Below, piece after piece: positions 1 through 13,300 of a stretch of 64,000 bases of DNA. Within the stretch, counting starts at the first letter, position 1. The number at the start of each line of letters is the position of its first letter. Location: the IMG/VR virus record IMGVR_UViG_3300027771_000009, positions 1-64,000 of that record; one strand, written 5' to 3'. Position numbers and translations under genes: made by a program. This DNA comes from a virus. Under the pieces are notes generated by a model. That model saw only the letters and a list, made by a program, of their open reading frames with translations. It was not told the DNA's origin and did no database searches.

Positions 1-1
1 A

Positions 2-757
2 ACTATAACTGGTTCATTATTAGTAAGTGGTTCAACTACTCAGATTGGAAACAATACATTGGATGGTAATACTACACTAAGTGGAACAGTTGAAATTAAC
101 GGAGATACTTTAATTACTGGTTCTATTGATATAACAAACGGAGTTAAATCAAACGGAACTGAATATTCATCTTCTTTATTCCAAAGTAGTTCAATATCAG
201 GTTCGGTAATACAATTTACCAAAGGAGATGAAACTACTCAATCCGTAACAATACCAAAAGGATTGGGTTATAGTGGATTGGGTTGGGCAAGATATAATGA
301 TACAACTTATACAACTTCATCTGCGTTTGATATCAACGATGGTGTTGATGTTAAAATTCCTTGCAATTCATCATCATCTATTGAAACCCATATGCACTCA
401 TCCGTTCCATTTTTCAATCCAATTACACAAAGAATACAAACGGAAAATGAAGGAGATGTATATTCTATCACTATTGATTTCAGTATGAGAGCAACTCGAA
501 ACCCATCTGATGGCGATGATATAAGATTATCTATGAATAATACAGTCGGAACTCCATATTCAAGAGCTAGTAGAGATTTACACTTCGCAAAGAAAGATAC
601 CTCATGGCACAAGTTCCATGAAATATTCCAATATTATGCAGATGCAGATTTTGTGGCAAATGGAAACGAATTTAATTTACAACCAAGAGGTGTTGATGTT
701 GAAGTTGCAGATGTAATCATTTTCATCCAAAGAACGCAAAACCATTCCCAACATTAA
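2..757 (+). CDS. Virion structural/fibre-like protein, 5'-truncated by window edge
   Basis: Frame is open from nt 2 (TITGSLLVSGSTTQIGNN...), so the TTG at 59 is probably not the real start; ITGS/LSGT beta-repeats resemble those of the downstream fibre proteins. Confidence 0.6.
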   Translation, partial: TITGSLLVSGSTTQIGNNTLDGNTTLSGTVEINGDTLITGSIDITNGVKSNGTEYSSSLFQSSSISGSVIQFTKGDETTQSVTIPKGLGYSGLGWARYNDTTYTTSSAFDINDGVDVKIPCNSSSSIETHMHSSVPFFNPITQRIQTENEGDVYSITIDFSMRATRNPSDGDDIRLSMNNTVGTPYSRASRDLHFAKKDTSWHKFHEIFQYYADADFVANGNEFNLQPRGVDVEVADVIIFIQRTQNHSQH

Positions 758-911
758 AATATAGAGTAATACTATCCTCACATCAATTATTAGAGTAGGT
801 TAGTATAATGTAACTAACTGACTATCAGACATCTATGATAGTGAACACGTAAACAAATTAATGAGTTATGTATAGATTCCATATTTAAAAAACCTATTCT
901 TCTTTTTCTTT

Positions 912-920
912 ATATTTATA
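912..920 (+). promoter_or_regulatory. Putative phage late promoter (ATATTTATA)
   Basis: Same 9-mer recurs in 10 intergenic gaps, 19-64 nt upstream of starts. Confidence 0.6.
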
Positions 921-949
921 GATAAGTTAAACAATATAGGAATAGATAA

Positions 950-2095
950 ATGGCAGTAGAATACATATATCCGGGCTCATCATCCTTTTCTGAGGGACAA
1001 ACTCCATTTGGTACATTTGATACTGATGCAATATTTCAAGCCGATGCACCGAAAATAGCTAATTGGTGTGCTAAAAGACTTGGATACCCAATACAAAACG
1101 TTGAATTAGTTGATGAAAGTTTTTATTCATGCTTCGAAGAGGCAACCGCTGAATATGCTGCACAAGTAAATCAATTTAATATCAGAAATAATCTCGATGT
1201 ACTTAAAGGAGTACCAACGGGAACCAATTATTCACAAAAATTAGTAGAAGGTTCGATTTTACCAACATTGATTGGTATTTCGGATGCTTATGGTACTTTA
1301 GCTGGTGTGGGTGGTAATACTGATGTAAAAAGTGGTTCTATTGATGTAGTAGCTGGACAACAAACTTATGATTTAGATGTATTCGCTAGTTCATCTGAAG
1401 GTGGTAATCGTATTGATGTAGTAAAGGTGTTCTTTGAAGCACCACCAGCATCAGCGAGATTCTTTGACCCATATGCCGGAAGTGGCCAGGGTACTATGCA
1501 GATGATGGATGAATTTGGATTTGGTGGAATGTCACCAGCATCACAATTTGTTATGATGCCTGTATATCAGGATATGTTACGAATGCAAGCAATTGAATTT
1601 AATGACCAAATAAGAAAATCAGCACACTCATTTAATATCACAAATAATAAATTACAAATATTTCCAATACCAGCAAACGATGAGAAAATGTGGTTTGAAT
1701 ACTTTGTAAGAAAAGAATTTATAGAAAATTCAACAAACGTACAATCGGATGTAGTATCTGATTATTCAAATATTGGATATAATTTTATTCCTTACTCATT
1801 TATAAATGATGTAGGTAAGCAATGGATTAGAAAATATACACTTGCACTTACTAAGGAATTATTAGGAGCAATTAGAGAAAAATATAGTTCGGTTCCAATT
1901 CCAGGTTCTGAAATTTCATTAGATGGAGCAGCGCTAAGAGCAGAAGCTTCAACTGAGAAAGATGCGTTGGTAGAACAACTTAGAGAAAACTTGGATGAGT
2001 TAAGTAGAAAAAATCAATTTGAAATTAGGAACAATGAATCTAACTTTCAACAAGAGATGTTGAGAAAAGTTCCATTAGCAATATACGTAGGATAA
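950..2095 (+). CDS. Neck protein / head-tail adaptor (T4 gp13-like)
   Basis: KRLGYPIQNVEL, WIRKYTLALTKELLGAIREKY and ISLDGAAL motifs typical of gp13-like neck proteins; first gene of neck cluster. Confidence 0.75.
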   Translation: MAVEYIYPGSSSFSEGQTPFGTFDTDAIFQADAPKIANWCAKRLGYPIQNVELVDESFYSCFEEATAEYAAQVNQFNIRNNLDVLKGVPTGTNYSQKLVEGSILPTLIGISDAYGTLAGVGGNTDVKSGSIDVVAGQQTYDLDVFASSSEGGNRIDVVKVFFEAPPASARFFDPYAGSGQGTMQMMDEFGFGGMSPASQFVMMPVYQDMLRMQAIEFNDQIRKSAHSFNITNNKLQIFPIPANDEKMWFEYFVRKEFIENSTNVQSDVVSDYSNIGYNFIPYSFINDVGKQWIRKYTLALTKELLGAIREKYSSVPIPGSEISLDGAALRAEASTEKDALVEQLRENLDELSRKNQFEIRNNESNFQQEMLRKVPLAIYVG

Positions 2096-2099
2096 GAAT

Positions 2100-2555
2100 A
2101 TGCCAAGATTTGCGTTAGATAGAGATATAAGATTCTTTGAAGGAATCTCAAAGGAATTAGTGGATGCGGTTATAGAAACAACTGTAATCCTATTTAAACT
2201 TGCCATTGAGGATTTATCAACAAATCTATATGGGGAATCCCTAAATAAAACATATTATCAGGGTACACAATGTTCTGCTGTAATTGATAGGGATGATACT
2301 ACTACTTCTTATGAAGGATTCGGACCTGATTCGGGTCAAAGTGTAGAATTTAGATTTAATCGTATTACATTGAAGGATAAGGGATTCTACCCAGAAATAG
2401 GGGATATCATTTCCCACAATGATGCATACTTTGAAATTGATAACGTAAAAGAGGACCAATTAATTGGAGGGCAGAGTGGTGAGAAATTCTCAATATTATG
2501 TTCAGCATTTATGACACGAAAAAGTTCAATTCAAACTGAAATGAGAGTTATCTAA
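2100..2555 (+). CDS. Head closure / neck protein (T4 gp14-like)
   Basis: NLYGES, PEIGDII and YFEIDNV motifs; position between gp13-like and gp15-like genes. Confidence 0.65.
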   Translation: MPRFALDRDIRFFEGISKELVDAVIETTVILFKLAIEDLSTNLYGESLNKTYYQGTQCSAVIDRDDTTTSYEGFGPDSGQSVEFRFNRITLKDKGFYPEIGDIISHNDAYFEIDNVKEDQLIGGQSGEKFSILCSAFMTRKSSIQTEMRVI

Positions 2556-3619
2556 TGAATAAACGAGAAACAAATAGAGCAAATCAAATGAGTATTAGTA
2601 AGGAGTTCACTAAAGGTGTGAAACTTATTGATATTGATACGACTATTGCTGAATATATGGTAGACTCCATTATTCCAAATGTAGAAGAAAATGGTAATCA
2701 AGTTAAGGTACCTCTTTTATATGGAAACGCTGAACGATGGAATAATGCAAGAACAAAAGGATATCTAAGAGATAGTAGGGGTAAGATTCAATTACCTTTA
2801 GTAATGTTTAAAAGAAATTCTATCGATAGACAAGATGGAATGGCGCAGTTTAAAGATGTAAACACATTACCAGCTTACAAAAAGTATTCGCAGAAAAACA
2901 AATATGAAAGATTCAGTTTACAAGTAGGTGCATCTAAGGCATTGGAGCAATATGAAATATCGGTACCCGATTATGTTACTGTTACCTATGAGGTGATGGT
3001 ATGGACATCATTCACCGAACATATGAACGCTATTATTGAACAATTTCAATATGCAACCGATAGATATTGGGGAACTGATAGTGGATATAAATTTAGAACA
3101 CGTATTGATTCATTTGATAATCAACAAGAAGTAGGTGAAGGTTCTGAGAGAGTAATTAGAACATCATTTACAATGGTGACTAACGCTTACTTATTACCTG
3201 AAACATTTGATGATAAGCCAACTGTTAAAAAATCATTCACTCCAAAGAAAGTAGTATGGGGTGTTGAAACTGATTTAACTGGTACATCATTTTCAAATCC
3301 TAATATTTACAACGAATATCAATCAGTAATTGATTTTGTTGCAACTAGAAGCTCACAAAGTGGGGGTTTTGTTGATTATAGAACTATTACTCTAAGTAAT
3401 GTAAGATTACCAATATTACCAGGTGAGTTAATTGGTTCGTTTGATACATTGAATTGGTTTAGAGTATATATAAACTCAGAATTCAAACCATCGACAACTT
3501 ACACATATTCGTTTAATGGTACAACCAACGAAATAGTATTTATATTCAATGCAACTTTAGGTTTTGAATTGGATGCTAATGATGAAGTTGATGTTGTTGG
3601 TAAATACGAACAACTATGA
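2555..3619 (+). CDS. Tail terminator / sheath stabiliser (T4 gp15-like) with extra C-terminal beta domain
   Basis: KVPLLYGNAERW, IQLPL, VPDYVTVTYEV..W and MNAIIEQ motifs; TAATG overlap with upstream gene. Confidence 0.65.
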   Translation: MNKRETNRANQMSISKEFTKGVKLIDIDTTIAEYMVDSIIPNVEENGNQVKVPLLYGNAERWNNARTKGYLRDSRGKIQLPLVMFKRNSIDRQDGMAQFKDVNTLPAYKKYSQKNKYERFSLQVGASKALEQYEISVPDYVTVTYEVMVWTSFTEHMNAIIEQFQYATDRYWGTDSGYKFRTRIDSFDNQQEVGEGSERVIRTSFTMVTNAYLLPETFDDKPTVKKSFTPKKVVWGVETDLTGTSFSNPNIYNEYQSVIDFVATRSSQSGGFVDYRTITLSNVRLPILPGELIGSFDTLNWFRVYINSEFKPSTTYTYSFNGTTNEIVFIFNATLGFELDANDEVDVVGKYEQL

Positions 3620-3990
3620 ACATAAAGACTCTTAAAAACATAATGAAAGAGGTTAATCAACCTAAAGAGTTTACATTAACACCTGTAAATCTAACACATG
3701 AATTGTATTGGATTTGGAAGGTTACTAATTGTAGATTAAAAACTTTAGATAGTAGATTGGAATCTCTTAGGAAGCCTGATAGTAGATTTGATATATTTGT
3801 ATGGGGTGGATTCATATCACATAACGATTTCAAATTTGAACAAGTTGGAAATGATTTTCATATAAAATTTATAAGAACAAACTTTCCATCAACTATTTTA
3901 AATCCAAATGACCCTAATTATGGTCAACCTTGGGGTTTTGAAGATAGTGATTCGGTGAAAATTGAAGGTGATTTAGAAAATGTAATATAA
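3616..3990 (+). CDS. Hypothetical virion protein (resembles gp15-like C-terminal extension)
   Basis: ATGA overlap; FDIFVWGG...IKF...DSVKIEGD pattern. Confidence 0.55.
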   Translation: MNIKTLKNIMKEVNQPKEFTLTPVNLTHELYWIWKVTNCRLKTLDSRLESLRKPDSRFDIFVWGGFISHNDFKFEQVGNDFHIKFIRTNFPSTILNPNDPNYGQPWGFEDSDSVKIEGDLENVI

Positions 3991-4376
3991 TGGCTAGAAA
4001 AAAACCAAATATTGATTTAGGTAATATTACCAAACGTAGAGATAGGGAATCCTTTAAAAACTTTGTATTAGAAGTTATAGAGGATACTTTTTTATATGAG
4101 GCAGCACCTACTACAATACCATTAGATGGTGATACTCAAACATTATTTACATTAGTGTTGGATGGGTATAGATTTGTTTACGAAGAATTAGTCGTTTCAG
4201 ATTCTAAAGATTACTTAGATGTATATTTATATGGAGTGAAGCAAATAGATAATTACGATGTAACATTTGATGCTACATCAATAACAATTACTTTTACTGA
4301 GAGTATAACGAGAGTTCCTACTGATGTGGTACGAACTGATTTTGAAATCAAAGGTAAAATTACAGAAATAGTATAA
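3990..4376 (+). CDS. Hypothetical virion protein (same beta-domain pattern)
   Basis: TAATG overlaps at both ends; LDVYLYG...ITITF...DFEIKGK pattern. Confidence 0.55.
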   Translation: MARKKPNIDLGNITKRRDRESFKNFVLEVIEDTFLYEAAPTTIPLDGDTQTLFTLVLDGYRFVYEELVVSDSKDYLDVYLYGVKQIDNYDVTFDATSITITFTESITRVPTDVVRTDFEIKGKITEIV

Positions 4377-7300
4377 TGGCTAGATTAATACCACAGAAGC
4401 AGATTGAAGAGATTAGTATTTTTAAGGATAATGTATCCGCAAATAAATCTGTCTTTATATCTGGCTCACTTATAGTATCCCAATCAATAAACATTGGTAG
4501 TGAATTAACAACACCACAAAGTATAACTGGTTCAGTAGAAATTACTGGTTCATTGGAAATTGATGGTAATTTAATATTCGCAAATTCTGAAAACAGATTA
4601 GATGCAACCGCATCGTTTGCTGATGAATCGGTAGATACTCAACGATTTGGTGGAATATTAGCAAAAGACTTTGGTGAGAGTGATGCTACCTTATATGTAT
4701 CATCTACTAATGGTAGTGATGATAACGATGGTAGAACTCCCCAATTCTCATTAAGAACGATTAAGAAGGCAGCTAAGATTGCAACTGATGGGGATGATGG
4801 TAGATATGGGTTACCAACTGGTTCTTTATTTAGTGGATTTGCTATTAAAATTGATACGGGTACTTACTTAGAAGAAAACCCAATTGAACTTCCAAAAAAC
4901 ACAACTGTTTGGGGAAGTGGTTTAAGGGTAACTAAAGTTCTTGCTAAAAACGAAAACGAAGATTTATTTTGGGTAAATAGTGGTAACTACTTATCTGAAA
5001 TGACTTTTGGAAATTTAAGAGTATTCCCATCAGTTGATGTATCCGAAAAGGGATTCGCTGTTGCATTTGCTCCTAACGCATTTATTACAACATCACCATA
5101 CGTTCAGAATTGTTCTATGATTTCAAATCAAGAGAATTCATTCTTAGAAAAGTATGAAGATATTCCTGCTGGGGGTGGTGGTTTAAATGTAGATGGAAAT
5201 AAGATACACCCAGATTCACCATTAGCATCTATGGTATTAGATGCATACACTCAGATTGCACCCAATGGTGTAGGTTGTCAAGTTGTTGGTAGGGGGTTCA
5301 TTCAATTAGTATCCTTCTTCACAAACTTCTCAGCATACTCAGTAAAGGTTATAGATGGTGGACAAGCAGTACTTCTTAACTCAAACACATCGTTTGGTGA
5401 TTTTGGTATGTATGCTAGTGGTTCTCGATTTATTACTGGTAGTGGTGGAAATGGAGATGCATTTTTTAATGTACAAAATAACTATTCAATTATTGTTGAT
5501 ACCATTAAAAATGGATTAACTGCAATACCTGATTTAGTTCCGAATACAGATAAGGGAAAACGATTAACTGACCTAACTGAGGTACCTCAGTATTTTGTAT
5601 CAGAGGATTCAACTACGGATGTAGCTGATAGAGTTAAATCAGATTTTAGAATAGTAAGTTCTATTGTAGAAGATGGTATCACAAATGTACCTAAGTTACT
5701 TGCTAAAAGTGGTAAAGGTGGGTATGGTCCTGAATCATTATATAATGTAGGTGGTAATATACAATATGTAAATGAAGCTACGGCTTCTAATACTGATGTA
5801 CAATTAATGGATACTAACTTTGATATTATAATAGATATCATTGAAAGAGGTAACAATGCTACATCATCATACGTACAAGCAAATAATGTATCATCATCCA
5901 TAAAGGTAGGTGGTATAACTGAATACACAACTTTTGCTGTATCCAACGATACGAGTAAATCTATTGTAGATAAATTTGATACTGTAATTAGTATTATCCA
6001 AAACGGATTAACTGCATCACCTATTGTTAGTAGTAGTACTATGGCTGGTTATAAGTTTACTGATACTACAATATATGAAACTGATGTAACTTCATCATTG
6101 GAAACTATCCAAACAGTAAGTTCATCCTTTTCACTTGTATATGATATTTTAGCAAATGGAACTGGTTCATTACCAACTACTGTTTTAAGTAGTTCGGTTG
6201 AAAATCCATCGGTTGATGTTCAGAATGCATATACATTATTAATAGAAAATATACCATTCATACAAGATGAAACTATTGCATATTTAAGTTCTTCTTGGAG
6301 TGAACATCCATACAATCAAGAAACGTGTAAAAGAGATGTAGGTTTCATAATCTCATCATCAGCACATGATTTATTATTTGGTGGAAATGAAGAATCAATT
6401 CGTAGTGGAGTATTCTATTACCAATTCCCTTCAAACGCAACAACAACCGAAAAAGACCCAACATTAACTGGTGTAAAGTATGCTAGTGAGTTGGCAATCA
6501 ATATATTAGATGGTAAGGTGTTTTCAGAGGCTTCTAGTGAGTTGGATAATGCATATGATGTAATCTATCAAAACAAAGATTTCGTTAGAGGGGAAGCAAT
6601 TGCATACATTTCTTCTTCTTGGAGTGAATTTGAATATAGTGATACTAAATGTAAAAGAGATATTGGATATATCTTAGATGCCGTAGCAACTGATATACAT
6701 TATGGTGGTAACGAACGAAGTGTAATAGCTGGTGAGTTTTACTATCAATATCCATCATTAGCAATTGTTGATAATAGAACTACGGGTCAATTACAACAAA
6801 CGTTAGATGCAGTTAAATATGCAAAACGTATTACTCAAAAGTTGGCTAATAATGAAACATTCATATTACCTTCAGCATCAGTACTTGCTGCAGTTAATTT
6901 GATAAAAGAAAATCGTTCATTAATCCAAAATGAAACAACTACATATATCGATACTCAATACCCTAACTTCTCATATGATAGAGTTAAGTGTAGACGAGAT
7001 GTTGGATATATTGTTGATAATGTGATAACTGATTTATTATATGGTGGTAACGAACGAAGTGAGTTAGCTGGATTGTACTACTTTAAATTTCCATCAATTG
7101 CTAATACAACTCAATTAGAGGAAACATTAGAAGCAATTAGATATACTAAGGAATTTACTAAAGCAATAGCGAAATCTATTGTATTAGAAACTCCACAGGT
7201 AATTCTAAACGATGCTGGTAATATTAGAGTAACTTCATTTGAACCAACAACTGGTTCAATATCTGCAACCGATACTGAGGTACAAATTGTTTCTCAATCA

Positions 7301-10300
7301 TTTGGCATAATTGAAGATATCATTAGATATGGTACGGATTCGGTACTAAGTTCAATCGCTGGTAATTCAGAGGATTATATTTGGAATTTAGAAAACCCAT
7401 TAAATGTTAGTGGTATAGCTCAAATTACATCCGATAATGTAGCAACAGAAGTTACTGAAAATTTAGTAACATCTAATTTCGATACTGTAATAAAAATTAT
7501 TGAAAGTGGTAGTTCAATTGAAACTGAACAAACCATTGGAACTGATTCTAAGGGTAATCCAATATCAACTGTTGGTATTCCTAAAAGTTCATATGGTGAT
7601 AACTTAGTAACAACTACAATTGGTACTACAATTCCATCTGATATAACTTTAGTAAAGAATACTGAAGCTGGTATTAAGTTTGGAAGTGGTGTACAAATAT
7701 CATCATCCATATCAGTAGATTCAACAACTATAAATAAAGTATCATCATCATTCTCAACAGTATCCAATATCATACAATATGGTGTTAGTGGTAGTTTAAA
7801 TATAATCGGTTCATCCGATGCATCTACTTACTTTGAGGTGGTAACATTATATGATGATAGTTTTAGTATAGCTAAAACACAAATACAAAAGTTTGATGAT
7901 GTTGATGGTAAAATATTAGGTGAGGATACTGGTTCATTTGATGATAGTGTAAAAGACCCTACCCTTACATTAAAGAGGGGGGATTTATATACATTCTCAA
8001 TAAATTCATTAAGTAATGTAAATGCAATACTAAGTGAAACACAACCATTTATTATAGCAACTAATAGAAGTACTGATACAAAATACAGATATAATGATGG
8101 AATTACTAATAATGGTTCTACATTCGGAACAATTACATTTATAGTTCCATTTGATGCACCTGATAGATTATTCTATGTAAACGGAAATAATGTAAATGCT
8201 AGTGGTATAATTAATATTGTGGATGAGTTGCCATTATCGGATACTCAAAAATATGTTGAAATACCATCTATTGGATTAGTTGAGGTTGTGACAAACAACT
8301 CCGATGCAATTAAGATATCTAATATAGAGCAATATACATTAACATATACGGCTTCTTTAAACGAATCAAATGAAATCAGTTCATCATTCGCAACTTCAAT
8401 TGATATATTAAAAAACGGAGTAGGTGTATTTACTCCTACAACAGCAACATACAATCCTGCTGATGGGGAATTTGTAATGACTATTTCTCAACATGGTTTA
8501 TATGTTGGTGATAGAATTTACTTAGAATCTGAATCATTTGTATTCACTTGTGATATGGACGGTAATAGAACTGAACATAAATTACCTTCAGTTGGTCAAC
8601 CTGCTTATGCTGGACAATTAACAATAAACTCAATAACTGATAATACCATAAGTGTAAACGTTGGTAAATCAGGCCCTAATATAAACTTTAATCCAACCAA
8701 TGCATCTTATGACCCAGCAACTGGTGAATTTAGTGCAACTGTTGGTAAACATAGTTTAAGTGTAGGAGAAGGCATTGTACTTTCTAATGAATCATTTGCT
8801 TTCACTTGTGATATGGATAATGACCAATCGGTTAAATCATATCCAAGAGTTGGTATTGACCCATTCGCAGTACGTTCTATTCCAATCACATCAGTAACCG
8901 ATACTACATTAACATTTAATGTTGGTGCATCTGGTCCAAATAAATACTTTACTCCAACCGATGTTAATTACAATGCATCAAATGGAGATATGTTAGTGAC
9001 TGTTGGTCAACATGGTTTAGGAATAGGTAGAAGTGTAGTATTAGAAAATGAATCTTTTGCTTTCACTTGTGACCAAGATGGTGATTCTACAACTCATTCT
9101 TATCCGAGATTAGGTTCTGACCCATATGCTGGAAAATCAATTGTAATAACTTCGGTTGGAACTACATCACACACACCAACAAAGGCTCCATATAATGCAT
9201 CAACTGGTTTAGTTACTTTAACAATAGCTGGTCATACGTTTAGTAATGGAGATTATATTAAAGTTGAAGATGGTGGATTAACTTATAGTTGTGTATTAGA
9301 TGGTAATACTGTAACTAAATCATACCCACGAGCTGGATATGATTACCCAAGCGGAAGATGGATTCAAATTTCAAATGTAACAACTGATACGTTTGATATT
9401 AATATAGGTTCATCATCGTACACTGGAGCACATACATTTGTATCTGCAACTACTGGTGGAATAAAAAGACAAACTGGTACATTTACAATTAATGTTGGAA
9501 ATGCTGGAACTGCTCAAAATTCTTTACATACTTTTGTATCGGCATCAGCTAACGCTGTGAAGCATGAACCACAATCACCACATACTTTTGTATCGGCATC
9601 AAATTCAGCAATACAACATTTACCTCAATCCAATCATACGTTTGTAAGAACAACTACAAATTCGGTAAGTAAATTACCAATAGTAGTAGAAAATACATCT
9701 GAATTGGTTAAGGTTACTAATACAACTCAATATACATCATCAGTATCACCTCAATTAAGTGAAATAACTTATGTAAGTTCATCATTCGCTGTGGTAATTG
9801 ATGTATTGGAAAATGGTATTGGTTATACACCAACTACCGCAACATACAATCCTGCTGATGGTGAATTCGTAATGACTATCCCAAATCACAATTATAGTGT
9901 TTCTGATAGTATTTACCTAAGACCGGAATCATTCACATTTACTTGTGATATGGATAATAACAAAACTGAACACAATTTACCATCAATTGGTCAAATTGCC
10001 TATACTGATAAGTTAATTATAACATCTGTAACCAATAATACTATAAGTGTTAACGTTGGTATATCGGGACCAAACGTAGAATTCACTCCAACAACCGCAT
10101 CGTATGACCCATCAACTGGTGATTTCGTAATGACTGTTACAAGTCATAGTTTAAGTGTTGGTGAAGGAATAATAATGGATGCAGAATCATTCGCATTTAC
10201 TTGTGATATGGATAATGACCAATCAGTTAAATCTTACCCTCGATTGGGTATAGACCCATACGCTGGTCGTTCAATGAAGATTACTTCAATAACCGATACA

Positions 10301-13300
10301 ACAATGACGGTTAATGTAGGAACTTCAGGTCCGAATAAATATTTTACTCCAACTGATGTTGATTATAATGCATTGACTGGAGATATGATTTTAACTGTTT
10401 CTGAATCATTTGGTTTAGGAATTGGTAGAAGTGTAGTATTAGAAAACGAATCGTTCGCATTTACTTGTGACCAAGATGGAAACACAACTACTCACTCTTA
10501 CCCAAGAAGTGGTTCTGACCCTTATGCTGAACAATCAATTGTAATTTCATCAGTTGGTAAATCATCACACACTGTAATCGATGCACCTTATGATGCATCA
10601 AATGGGGATGTTACTATAACAATCTCTAATCATAATTTCAGTAATGGTGACTACATTAAACTTTCTGATAATTCATTAACTTATACTTGTATATTAGATG
10701 GTAATACAACTCAAAAGAGTTATCCAAGAACTGGAATAGATTATCCATCTGGTAGATGGCTAGAGATTTCTAACATAACTACAAATACATTTGATATTAA
10801 TATTGGTTCTTCTCCATATACAGCAGCTCATACATTTGTATCAGCTACAACAAATGGATTAGAAAGACAAGATGGTACCTTTACAATTAATGTAGGTGAC
10901 GGTGGTAGTGCATCTGGTTCAATCCATACATTTGTATCATCATCGATTGATGCAGTAAAACATTTACCTCAATCAGTTCATACTTTTGTATCGGCATCGA
11001 ATGGGGCTGTAAAACACTTACCTCAATCAAATCATACATTTGTTAGAACTACTGAAAATTCAATAAGTAGTTTACCTAATGAAATTTCAAATGTAGCAAA
11101 TACTATAAAGGTAACGGATGTATCTCAATACATTTCATCTTCGGTAAGTGGAACATTGGAAAATATAGAGTTTGTATCTCAATCAGTATCGATTGTTTAT
11201 GATATTGTAAAAAGTGGTATATCATCATCTACACCAACAAGTGCTAGTTATGACCCATCTAATGGTAATTTTGTAATTACTATACCAAACCATATATTTG
11301 AAGTATCGGATTCAATTTATTTAAATCCAGAATCATTCACATTTACTTGTGATATGGATAATAATAAAACTGAACATAATTTACCTGGCGTTGGTCAACC
11401 TGCTTATAATACTGAATTAGAAATCACATCAACAACTGATGATACTATAACTGTAAATGTTGGAGTATCTGGACCTAATGTATCGTTCAATCCAACTACT
11501 GCTAGTTACGACCCATCAACTGGTGATTTCGTAATGACTGTTGCAAGCCATAGTTTAAGTGTTGGTGAGGGAATTATATTAGACCCTCAATCATTCGCAT
11601 TTACTTGTGATATGGATAACAATCAATCTACTAAATCATATCCAAGAATCGGAATTGACCCATATGCGGGTCGTTCAATGAAGATTATTGGTATAACTGA
11701 TACTACAATGACCGTTAACGTAGGGGTATCTGGTCCAAATAAATACTTTACACCAACTGATGTTAATTATAACGCATTGACTGGTGATATGATTTTAACT
11801 GTTTCTGAATCATTAGGATTGGGAATAGGAAGAAGTGTAGTATTAGAAAATGAATCGTTTGCTTTCACTTGTGACCAAGATAGTAATGTATCAACTCACT
11901 CTTATCCAAGAAGTGGTTCTGACCCTTACGCTGAACAATCAATAGTTATTACTTCAGTTGGAACTACATCCCATACTATAACTGATGCTCCTTATAATGC
12001 ATCTACTGGTGATGTCACTATAACAATAGTTAATCATAATTTCAGTAATGGTGATTATATAAAAATTGATGATAATGGTTTAACTTATACTTGTTTATTA
12101 GATGGTAATAGTGTTGAGAAATCATATCCTAGAACTGGAATAGATTATCCATCTGGAAGATGGTTAGAAATATCTAATGTAACATCAAACAAATTTGATA
12201 TCAATATAGGTTCTTCACCATACACATCAGCTCATACATTTGTATCAGCTACAACAAATGGTTTGGAAAGACAAGATGGTACGTTTACTATAAATGTAGG
12301 AGATGCAGGTAGTGCTTCTGGTTCGATACACACATTCGTATCAGCATCAAATAATGCAGTAAAGCATGAACCACAATCACCTCATACATTTGTATCAGCA
12401 TCAAATGGAGCAATTAAACACTTACCACAATCAGTTCATACATTTGTTAGAACTAAACAAAATTCAGTAAGTGTAACAAAGCATCCTGAACTATATGAAA
12501 TTCGTTCTACTGATGAATCTACAATAGCGGCATATGAAATTATTAAAAATAATATTCCATTTATTCAAAGTGAAACTCTCGCTTATCTATCATCATCTTG
12601 GAGTACTTCTTCATATGATGAATCTAAGTGTGGTAGGGATATTGGATTAATTATTAGTGGAGCAGCTGAAGATTTAGTTTGGAACACATTATCAGCATCA
12701 GCAGTAAATGGAAACTACTATTTAGAGTATCCATCTCAAGCTGAAACATCTCAGTTAAATCAAACATTGGATGGTATTGAGTATGCTAGTAAACTCACAC
12801 AAAAATTAATTCAAAACATAGAGTTTGTTACTGCTTCTTCTGAAGCAACAACATCACATACTCTATTATTAGATAATAAATTACTTATCCAAAATGAAAC
12901 TATTGAATATATTTCATCTTCTTGGAGTGACTTTAGTTATTCGGAAGGTTTATGTAGAAGAGATATAGGACATATTATAGATGCAGCAGCAACTGATGTA
13001 TTATATGGTGGTAACGAAAGAGCAGTTCAAGCCGCATCTTTCTATTATAGTAATCCTTCATCTGCAACTGGTTCACAATTGAATCAAACTGTTGATGCTA
13101 TTAATTACGCTAGAAGATTATCTAACGAAATTATACAAAGTAACTTATTAGTGTTACCATCTTTACAAACACTACAAGTTGCTGAATTGGTTACCCAAAA
13201 TAGAAGTTTGATTCAAGAGGAAACAATTCAGTTCTTATCATCATCTTGGAGTACATTTGAATATAATGAAGCTAAGTGTAGAAGAGATACTGGATATATA

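Noticed and set aside
814-882. Short minus-strand ORF MESIHNSLICLRVHYHRCLIVS
   Set aside because: 22 codons, no recognisable features, opposite to all other genes.
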